Assembly (NCBI RefSeq): GCF_016432865.1
Contig: NC_067400.1
Coordinates: 629,176,001 to 629,240,000 of the forward strand
Reading direction: 5' to 3'
DNA length: 64,000 bases
Source: Antechinus flavipes
Lineage: Eukaryota
The first letter of the stretch is position 1; every line of letters starts with the position of its first letter. The notes beneath the pieces are model-generated. The model searched no databases and had not been told where the DNA came from. It saw only the letters and a list, made by a program, of their open reading frames with translations. Below are positions 1-8,984 of the stretch, piece after piece. Both the position numbers and the translations under genes were made by a program.

Positions 1-731
1 TTCTCCAGAATCGTGCACAGCCCCACCCACAATGCACCAGTGTCCCGGTCCTCCCCACCCCCCCCAGGCCGGAAGGGACGGAGTCTTGGCTTGTGCAGAA
101 TCGGGTTTAGGTTTGGCAGAGCTGCACCAGCCGTGGGCCCGGCTCCTTCCCTGAGGGGCTGAAGCCCCGGCCGAGAGAAGCCAGGCGGGGGGTGGTCCCG
201 GCCCCTGCTCCAGCCGCCTCTGTGGCCCCGAAAGGAACTGCTCCCAATGGCCCATCTCAGCGGGGGCGCCTTCCCACTCTTGGGGCGGACGCGCCCGGCT
301 CCCAACGGCCGCAGGCCCGGTCCGGCCCCTCAGCCTGGCTCAGCCCGTTTGCCGGGGAGAGGGACGGCGCCGGGGGAGGGCTGGGCCCCGGACGGATGAG
401 CAGCCCCTCCCCAAACGCTCCGCAGCCCCCAGTGCAGAGGGAAGGCACGAAGGGAGGGGGGGGCTCTCGTAGAAAGGAGGACTCCAGTCACGGCTTGAAG
501 GGAGCCAGGGGACGGAGCAGGGCCAGAACCTCAGCCGTGAGGGAGCTGCAGAAAGGCCTGATGGGAAGGAAAGTCCCGCAGTGACTGCGGGCGGGGGGCC
601 CAGGCAGACACCCCGGAATGGGGGGGGGGCAACAGCCAACCTGGGGTCTAGGAAGGCGCTGGGGCAGCTGAGGGAGGGAGGAGCTGGGGGGAGAGGCCCG
701 GGAGCAGCCGCCAGAGGGCTCAGAGGATTAC

Positions 732-807
732 CTGGGGCGTCCAGGTCCTTCTCGGCTGCGCAAAGCGGGAACCGGGCTGTCAGTTCCCCGGCCTCCCTGC
801 GTCCCCG
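732..807 (-). repeat. Inverted dispersed copy of the SHISA7 intron 3/exon 4 junction (candidate 24-nt microexon 755-732)
   Basis: The reverse complement of 738-800 matches 14940-15004 with 1 substitution and two 1-nt C-run deletions. AG at 757-756, GT at 731-730. Confidence 0.9.
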
Positions 808-829
808 ACCACAGGGTGATAGTAAGACC

Positions 830-905
830 CGGGCTGACCCGGAGGCTGACCCAGAGACTGACCCGGAAGCTGACCCGGAGACTGACCCGGAGGCTGACCC
901 GGAGG
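830..905 (+). repeat. 12-nt tandem repeat (RCTGACCCRGAR), about 6 copies
   Basis: gctgacccggag/actgacccggag units seen directly. Confidence 0.9.
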
Positions 906-949
906 CCAGAAGAGGCGGGAGGGAGAGGATGAGTTCAGGTGGGACATTT

Positions 950-1050
950 TGAGGATGAATGAACATTGGGAGAAGTCTCAAAATACATTTTATTAAGATT
1001 CACTCTCAGTGCAAAGTGGATGCTGGGGAACCAAGGAGAAAAGCCCCCTT
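950..1050 (+). mobile_element. Degenerate L2-like 3' fragment
   Basis: cattttattaag...tgctggggaaccaagg resembles the recalled L2 3' end consensus; approximate bounds. Confidence 0.45.
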
Positions 1051-1445
1051 CTCAAGGAGCTGGGCATGGGGGGGCCGGCCCAGCAGAGCCAGCCCAGCGC
1101 GGGGGGGTTGGGAAGGCCCAGAGGTCCGGAGGCTACTTAAGGGGTGCCAAAGGAGAGGGCCCAGGCCAGAGGGGCACGGTGCCCGCGGGGGGCACCTTTC
1201 CCTGCCATCCCGAGCTGTATCCCCGCCCGCCCCAGGAAGTTTCTGGCCCGTTTGGCTTCCCCACCTCAGGGCCCCGGGGCAAGCCAGCCCTTCCCGGTGC
1301 CCACTGAGAAAACAGCAGGCCCCACGCTCCCTTCCCGCAGGCCACACCCAAGCTCCCTGCCCCCGGTCCGTGGCCCCTCAGACCCCTTCCCGGTTCCGCT
1401 CCAGCTCCTCAGTACGGGGGGTGGCTCGGCGGCCAGAGCCCCAGG

Positions 1446-1556
1446 CCTGGAGTCAGAAAGGCCCTCCCCGGGCAGGCCCTTTGCCTTCTCCTGCCTCAGT
1501 TTCCTCAGCGGTGAAAGGAGAGCGTCCCTAGCAAGGTCATTGTGGTAAAGTGCTCA
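1446..1556 (+). mobile_element. Degenerate MIR-like SINE
   Basis: ctggagtcagaaagg...ctcagtttcctc...taaagtgct core motifs. Confidence 0.55.
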
Positions 1557-1842
1557 GCGGGAGCCTGGCCCAGAGCGGGAGCCGCAAGCTTATTCTCTGC
1601 CTCTCCCACCCCCCACTTTCTCCCCGCCCCCCCGGAGCCAGTGACCCTCCGACAGCTGCACAAGCAGGGGTCCGGGCCCCGCCCTCTGACCTTGCTTTCC
1701 TCCCCGCCCAGCCCCCACAGAACCTCCAGCTTTCCTCTCCCGGACCCCATCCAAGGGCCGTCCCTGCCCGCAAGGAGCTTACAATGGGGGGGAGGGGGGA
1801 GGACCCGCCAGCATACACACACATATATATATCTCCATCCAG

Positions 1843-1922
1843 TGTGTGTGCACGCGTGTGTGTGTGTGTGTGTGTGTGTGTGCACGCGTGTGTGTGAGTG
1901 TGTGTGCACGCGTGTGTGCGCT
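1843..1922 (+). repeat. (GT)n microsatellite interrupted by GCACGC units; alternating purine-pyrimidine tract
   Basis: Seen directly. Confidence 0.9.
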
Positions 1923-2233
1923 GTACGTATAAGCACACACACAGATGTCTCCATCCAGGCAGTCGCAGTGGGGGGGATTCCTGGCGAACTGGGGGGTTCA
2001 AGTTGGAACTTAAAGGAAGCAGGAAGGTCTCCCCCCCCCACCCCCAGTGACAAAGGGAGTGGGATCCAGGCCCGGGGGCGGCCAGAGACACTCAGGGACC
2101 TCCCAGCAATCCCCGGCTACAGAGACCCACGGGGGAGAGCTGGGCCTCCGGCTCCGAGGCTGGGCTTCGGCCGCCCTCGAGCTAAGGCCCTCATCCCGCA
2201 GTGTGGGGGCCGGGGACGGCGAGGGGCTTCCCA

Positions 2234-2548
2234 TACATGACGTCATCTTCTCGGCTCAGCCCCCAGCCCTCGGCGACCCAGGCGTTCGGCCGCCCCAGCT
2301 CCAATTAAGAGCCCTTCACTTTGATTGCTGCAGTTGATCTCTGCGACTCCCCCCAGCCCCCGATTCCTCTTTGTGCCCATAATTGGCACTTCCGTGGCCT
2401 TTCTGCTCAGCGCCGGTCCAGTCTCCGAATCCCAGTCAGAGTTATGTACTAATTGGCTGGGGGCAGGGAAGGGAAATGCTGCCCCCCCCCTCTATATCAG
2501 CCCCACCCACCCCCAGGTCTGGATCAGGGAGCCAATTCTCCAAGGAAG
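2234..2548 (+). promoter_or_regulatory. Putative promoter plus non-coding first exon (CRE, two ATTGG boxes, TATA-like element, donor)
   Basis: ATGACGTCAT 2237-2246; TAATTGG with ATTGG at 2382 and 2452; TATAT 2493; AAG|GTACGG donor at 2549. Confidence 0.5.
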
Positions 2549-2574
2549 GTACGGACATGAGTTGCAGACCCCCA

Positions 2575-4850
2575 GCTGCTTCCCTCTCCCCCACGGCCAT
2601 ACCCTTCCCCGGGGCCCCATCCCTTCTGCTTCTCTCATCCCTTCTCTCCTCCATCCCTTCTCCCTTTATCTTCTCTGGCTTTTCTTCATCCCTTTCTCTG
2701 TCCCTAGCCTTTTCTCCACCCCCTCCCCATCCCTTCTGCTTCTCTCTCATTCCCTCTCACTTTCTCTTCCTCTTTTCTTTCATCCCTTTTTCTCATAGCC
2801 CCCAGCCTTTTCCCTCCCTCCCTGTCCTATCTCTTCTCTCTCATTCACTTCCATCCTCCTTCCCTTTCTTCTCTTTTCCATCATCCCTTTCCATCCTAGT
2901 CCCTAGACTTTTCCCTCCCTTCCTGTCCCACCCCTTCTCTCTTCCATGCCCTCTCTTTCTTTTCTATCTCCTCTTCTCCATCTTTTCTCATTCCTTTCTC
3001 TCCCATCCTTAGCCTTTTCCCTCCCTCCCCAATTCCCCTTTTCCTCTCCTCCATCTTTTCCCTTTCTTCTCGTCTCTTTTCCACCATCCCTTTTTATCCC
3101 AGTCACCAGTCTTTTCTCTCCCTTCCTGTTCCATCTTTCCTTCATCCCTTCTCTCCATCCTCTTTCCCTTTCTTCTCTTTTTCATCATCCCTTTCTTTCT
3201 CAGTCCCTAACCTTTTTTTTCCCCCATCTCTTTTGCTTTTCACCTCCTTCTTTCCTCCATCCCTTCTCCCTTTCTCTTCATCTTTTTTCTCATCCCTTTC
3301 TCTCCCAGTCCCTAGCCTTTTGTCTCCCTCCTCTTTCCTTCTGCTTTTCATCTCTTTCCTTTCTCCATTTCTTCTCCCCTTTTCCTCCTCTCTTTTCCTT
3401 CATCCCTTCCTCTCCATCCCATTGTTTTCTCTCCTCCACCCTTTCTCTCTTCCTTTCTATCTCCTTTCCCTTTCTCCGCTTTTCTTATTCCTTCCTCTCC
3501 CAGTCCCTAGCCCTTCCCCTCACTCCCCATTTTCCTTCCTCCTTTCCTCCATCTTCTTTCCCTTTCTGTTCTTTCCCCTCATCTATTTCTCTCCCAGTCC
3601 CCCCTTTTCTCTCCCCATCCCATCACCTTTTCTTATTACCCTCTCTCCTCTACTTCTCCTCTCTTCTATCCCCTTCTCTCCTCTATCCCCTCTCCCTCTC
3701 TCTATCTTTTCTCTCATCCATTTCTCTGTCCTTAGCCTTTTCTCTCCCTCCTCATCCCTTCTGCTTCTCTCATCCCCTTCTCTCTTCCATTCCCTCTCCT
3801 TTTCTCTCTCTCTCTTTTTCATCCCTTTCTCTCACAGTCCCCAGTCTTTTCCTTCTCTCATTCACTTTTCTCCTCCGCCCCTTCTTCCATTCCCCCTTTC
3901 TTTTCTATCTCCTCTCCCTTTCTCTTCTCTATCTTTTCTCATTCCTTTCTCTCCCCATCCCTAGCCTTTTCCCTCCATTCTCTCATTCCCTTCTCTTCTT
4001 CACCCTCTTCTCTCCTCCATCCTGTTTCCCTTCTTTTTCATTATCCCTTTCTCTCCCAGTCCCCAGCCTTTTCTCTCCCCCCATGTCCCATCTCTTCTCT
4101 CATACATTTTCTCCATTCCCTTTCTCCTTTTCCTTCATCCCTTCCTCTCCATCTCATTTTCTCTGTTTTCTCTCCTCCACCCTTTCTCTCTTCCTTTCTA
4201 TCTCCTTTCCCTTTCTCCGCTTTTCTTATTCCTTTCTCTTCCATCCCTAGCCTTTCCCCTCCCTCCCCATTTCTCTTCCTCCTTACCCTCTTCTCTCCTC
4301 TATCCTTTCCTTCTCTTTTCCCGCATCCCTATCCCAGTCCCTAGCCTTTTCCCTCCCTTCTCTTCTCTCCTCCATCCTGTTTCCCTTCTTTTTCATTATC
4401 CCTTTCTTTCCCAGTCCCTAACTTTTTCTTTTCCCCCTCATCCCTTCTGCTTCTCTCATCCTCTTCTCTCCTCCATCCCTTCTCCCTTTCTCTTCTCTCT
4501 TTTCCATCACCCCTTTCTATCCTAGTCCCTAGACTTTTCCCTTCCTTCCTGTCCCATCCCTTCCCATTCCTTTCTCTCCTCCATCCTCTTTCCTTTCTCC
4601 CCTTCTCTCATCCCTTTCTCTCCCAGCCCCCAGCCTTTTCCCTCCCCATCCCATCTCCTTCTCTCCCCTTCTCCTTTCTCCTCCACCTCTTCTCTCTATC
4701 CCCTTCTCTCCTCCATCCCCTCTTCCTTCTCTCTTTTCCTTGATCCCTTTCCCCCAGTCCCATTTTTACTCCTCCCAGCCCCCTTCTCTATTTGCTCATC
4801 CTCTTCTCTTTCAGTCCCACGTCTCCTCCCTTTCTTTCTCCTCCTACTCT
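2575..4850 (+). repeat. About 2.3 kb CT-rich degenerate satellite (polypyrimidine/polypurine tract)
   Basis: Very few G on the top strand; recurring cccagtccctagccttttc motif. Confidence 0.95.
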
Positions 4851-5097
4851 ATCCTTAACACTGGAGAACTGCAGTTCAGAGAGTTTGCAACATCAAAGCC
4901 ACCCCACCCCCATCCCTACCCATTTTCTAGAGGGAAAAGCTGAGGCCTAAAAAAGAGCAGGGGTTTGCCCAGAGCCAGACAATGTCTCCAGGGGCGGAGA
5001 GGGGCCTTCAGCTGGGGTCTCTGTGTGTGCTGGGGGGTGGAGGTGGGGGCAGAAGCCTGTTTCTCTTCCTTACCCCCTAGCGCCTGGAGGCAGGGCA

Positions 5098-5990
5098 ATG
5101 CATCCTGGCACGCCGGCGGCCTCCTGGCTCCCTGAGCCCGCACCCCAGGAGCTGTGCGCCTTCATGAGCGGGGTGGCTGCCCAGATCCTAAAGACCCTGC
5201 AGCCTCGGAAGACTCGGCCCCCCCGGAGAAAATCCACCCCGCGGAGATTCCCCTACAGTCCTCCGTACAGGTGAGAACTGGACCAAGGGCCCGCGGGGCA
5301 GCGGGGAGAGAAATGGGCGAGGTCAGAGACACGTCGAGTCAGATGAACAGGCCCGCGGAGGGGGGAAGAAACTGACCCTGAGAAGCAGGGACAGAAATAG
5401 AGACCAAGGGCCGGGCACAGCAAGGCACGGAGCCAGGCTCCGCGAGGATGGGGATGCGGAGGGGGCGGGACACGTGGGGCCACGGCATGGGGGAGGGGCG
5501 GTGCAGACCCCAGGCGGTGACCCAGCCCCTCCTCCCCGATCTACCCAGGAGTTCTGCCCACTGCCAGGACGCCACCCAACGGTGGGCCCGGGAGGGCCCA
5601 GGCCCCCAGGCCAGGCCCCGGCTCCCACGGCCGCCCTCCCCCTTCCTTGGGGTGGCCCAGGCCCTGGCGGCCCCCGAGAGTCCGGGCCCGGGGCTGGCCC
5701 TGAGTGCCTGGGATCTGCAGAGCCCGACGCACGAGCTGGCGGAGATCGTCCCTTTGGGCCCCGGGCCTTCCCTTCTTCCTGCAGTTACCGAAGACTCCTC
5801 CGGGTTTGTCCAGCTGCCCCCCGACCCCTCTGAGCCGCCGCTAGTGACTCTCCCCCCAATGATCGCAGATACCCAGGACCCAGGACCGTGCCCCACTATG
5901 GCCCGGGGGTCTCGGAAAGGGCCCCTGGCTGTGGGGACGTGGGTCCCGTCCTGCGGGAGCCCGGAGCTCTCCCGCCCCCTCCTCTGCTAG
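5098..5990 (+). CDS. C19orf85: C19orf85 ortholog, 204 aa, 2 coding exons (5098-5270, 5549-5990)
   Basis: MHPG...QELCAFMSGVAAQILKTLQPRKTRPP, ATQR and PPSPFLGVA match recalled human C19orf85. Phase-2 GT/AG junction gives 615 nt. Position next to ISOC2 is syntenic. AATAAA at 6054. Confidence 0.8.
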
Positions 5991-6429
5991 CTGCCCCCCG
6001 GGGGGGGGCGCTCCCTCCCGCCCCCAGCCCGGAGCCCGGCTCAGCAGGTGTTAAATAAATGCTAGCACCGAACGGACTCGAGTCTTTTCTTCGGGCGTTC
6101 AGGCCCCGCTTCCGCGCGCGCACGCGCAGATATGCTGCAGGCACTAGAGAAGGGGGGCGGGGACCATTCTGCCAGGTAGTTCTGCCGTGACCACACCTCG
6201 AGACTCCTCATTGGTCCACGGGACAGCGGACGGGCCGGGTTGGGGCTCCAGCCCCGGCCTCGGCCGGACAATAAGCCCCGTAACCTTGGCTCTCATGTCC
6301 CGCCTGCCTGCCGGCTCCCTCCAGCAGATCTCTCCACCTACGGCCAGGTAAGGGTCAGAGGTTAGCGGACCTGGTCTCTTTTCCTCGGACTTTTCTGTTT
6401 GACCCCGCCTCTCCCAGGATTTCAGGTTT

Positions 6430-6623
6430 CTAATTGGTGAAGCGGGATCTCCAGCTAACCAATAGAAGCGCCAAAGGCGGGACATAGAAGCGCCTTACCC
6501 CGAGCCCAGTGGGCCCTTAAGCACCGATTGGCTCTTCTGGCCCCGCCTACGCTCCGATTGGCCCCCTGCGCCGGGGGCGGGACGTCTCGTATTTCAGAGG
6601 AAATCGCGAAGGTCGAGGAGGCA
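6430..6623 (+). promoter_or_regulatory. ISOC2 CpG promoter with several CCAAT boxes and a non-coding exon 1 ending at 6623
   Basis: ATTGG/CCAAT near 6434, 6459, 6527 and 6556; GC boxes; GCA|GTGAGT donor at 6624; acceptor at 6787. Confidence 0.7.
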
Positions 6624-6789
6624 GTGAGTAACCGGTGTTGCTGATTTCGGACCCCGGGGGCTGGGGCCAAGTGGGCAAGGGGCTCCGCTTCGAGTCCCGG
6701 GCCCCACCTCGCCTTCCCTCTCTACAGAGCGGGGTCCGGAGCGGTCCGGGGCGGCACGGCTCCCAGCCTCCTGTGACCCCTCCCCAGCG

Positions 6790-8984
6790 ATGGCCGCAGC
6801 CCGCCCGGCCCTGGGCCGCGTGCTGCCCGGCTCCTCCATCCTCTTCCTGTGCGACATGCAGGAGAAATTCCGAGGCGTCATCTCCTTCTTCCCTCAGATC
6901 GTGGCCGTGTCCGCCCGCATGCTCCAGGTGCGGGCCCCGCCCCAGCTCTCTACCTGCCTGGCCAGGTTCTGGTACCACCTGAGCCCCCCCCCCCCCCGCA
7001 GGTATCTGGTACCACCTGAGCTCCCCAGGTGTCTAGTAAAATCTGACCCCTCAAGTGTCTGGTACCACCTGGCCTCCCAGGTGTCACCCTGACACCCCTA
7101 TTCCCACTCCCACCCCCCTGTCTAGTGAAATCTGACCCCTCGTGTGTCTGGTACCACCTGACCCCCCACCCCCGCAGGTATCTGGTACCACCTGAGCTCC
7201 CCAGGTGTCTAGTACAACCTGACCCCTCAAGTGTCTGGTACCACCTGAGCCCCCCAGGTATCTAGTACGTGACCCCTCAGGTGTCTGGTACCACTGGAGC
7301 CTCCCAGGTGTCTGGTACTGCCTGACCCCACACCCCACCCCCACTCCCATCCCCACCCCCACCGTCTAGTAAAATCTGACCCCCTCAGATGTCTGGTACT
7401 ACCTGATACCCCCAGGTGTCTGGTACTACCCGAGTCCCTCCAAATAATTGGTACCTGAGCCCCCCAGGTGTCTAGTACAACTGAACCCCTCAGGTGTCTG
7501 GTACTACTTGGGCCCCTCCAAATAACTGGTACCTGAGCCCCCCAGGTGCCTGGTACCACCTGGCCCCCCTCTAACTGTTTTATCCTCACCTACCCCCCCA
7601 CTGTCATTCCCACCTGACTCCCCCTCCAGGTGTCTCGTCCCCACTTGACCCCCCACTTGTCCCCTGACCGCAGGTGGCCCGCGTGCTGGACATCCCCGTG
7701 ATGCTGACAGAACAGTACCCCGAGGGCCTTGGTCCCACAGTGCCAGAGCTGGGGGCCCAGGGCATCCGAGCCGTGCCCAAGACGACCTTCAGCATGGTGG
7801 TGCCCGAGGTGGAGCGGCTGATGAAGGCCAAGCCGGGCCTGAAGTCGGTGCTGCTGTGCGGCATCGAGGCCCAAGCCTGTATCATGGTAGGCCCCCCCAC
7901 CCCCCCCCCATGTCAGGTAGACCCTTGGGGTCGGCCCTGACCTCTGACCACTCCGCAGAGCACAGCCCTGGACCTGCTGGAGAGAGGCCTGGACGTGCAC
8001 GTGGTGGCCGACGCCTGCTCCTCCCGAAGGTCAGTGAGCCGGTGCGGAGGGGCCCAGATCTGGGGGGCACTTGTGCAAAGAAGTAAATGAGGGAGTGGAC
8101 TGTACCACCTGGCCCCCGGGTGGAGGGGAGGCCCCAGCGCGGCCGGAGCCCACTCCCCTTTGGACTGAACCAGCAGGCAGCCAGAAGAGGGAGGAGAGGT
8201 CCGGCTTCATCCCCCAACAGAAGTAAGCTCTGGTCCCGGGGTTACTGCTGTCAGTGTCACAGGCCTGCGCAGGATCCGCACCTTGTCCCTTCCTTGGCTC
8301 CCTCACAGAAGTCTGGACCTTCTAGCAGCACTCCCCTCCCCCAACCCGGGGCTCCTGGCCGTCAGCCCTCTCCTCCCCAAACCCATGTCGTTTGCCTCCC
8401 CCGGCCTAGCACTGTGCCCGGTACACAGCTGGAGCCTAATGGGTGTTGCTGTAATTCTGAGAGATCGGTCATCCAGCCACACTCCCGCCCCCATTTCCGA
8501 GAGCGAGGCCGGAGCCCAGGTCACCCAGCCCAGAGCCACCCCATCTCCCACCGTGGGGGAGGTGAGAGAGATCTCCAGGCGCTGTCACCCCACCCCCACC
8601 TCACTTCCTCTTCCAGTCAGGTGGATCGGTTGCTGGCTTTGTCCAGATGCGCCAGAGCGGGGTCTTCCTCACCACCAGCGAGTGCCTCATACTGCAGCTG
8701 GTGGGCGATTCTGCCCATCCCCGCTTCAAGGAGGTAACTCTCCCCCAGGCACTGGGCTCCCCTCCCCTCCCTCCTTGGGCCTGCAGCTCCCTCCCCCAAT
8801 CCTGCGCTCGGCCCCGGGGGTTTATTCCTCCACTCTTCCTCTTCCTCTCTCTAGCCCACTCCTCCTGTCTCCACTTCTCCCCACTTCTTCCTCTTCCCTC
8901 CAGGTGCAGAGATTCATTAGGGAGCCAGCCCCCGATAGCGGCCTCCTCGGCTTGTTCCAGGGCCAGAGCCCCCTCCTCAGCTGA
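6790..8984 (+). CDS. ISOC2: Isochorismatase domain-containing 2; coding exons 6790-6927, 7674-7886, 7959-8029, 8617-8733, 8904-8984; 1-nt deletion near 8646 in exon 5
   Basis: [69 protein letters not shown] and [15 protein letters not shown] match ISOC2. Exon 5 is 117 nt where 118 is needed to keep frame. AATAAA at 9250. Confidence 0.95.
6960..7635 (+). repeat. ISOC2 intron 2 minisatellite (about 26-30 nt units, gtgtctggtaccacctgagccccccag)
   Basis: Seen directly; many GGTACC and CAGGT motifs. Confidence 0.95.

Noticed and set aside
340-981. 213-aa minus ORF containing the SHISA7-like AEKDLD peptide, as a new gene
   Set aside because: Its start lies in an L2-like relic with poor initiation context. 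The rest is GC-rich filler, the 12-nt repeat and intron-derived sequence. Only the splice-site copy is supportable.
1-2200. ZNF628 or other coding exons expected from synteny
   Set aside because: No C2H2 motifs or other recognisable protein in any frame.
2946-4250. 434-aa F/L/S/P ORF and overlapping ORFs
   Set aside because: Artefacts of the CT satellite, which lacks stop codons by composition.
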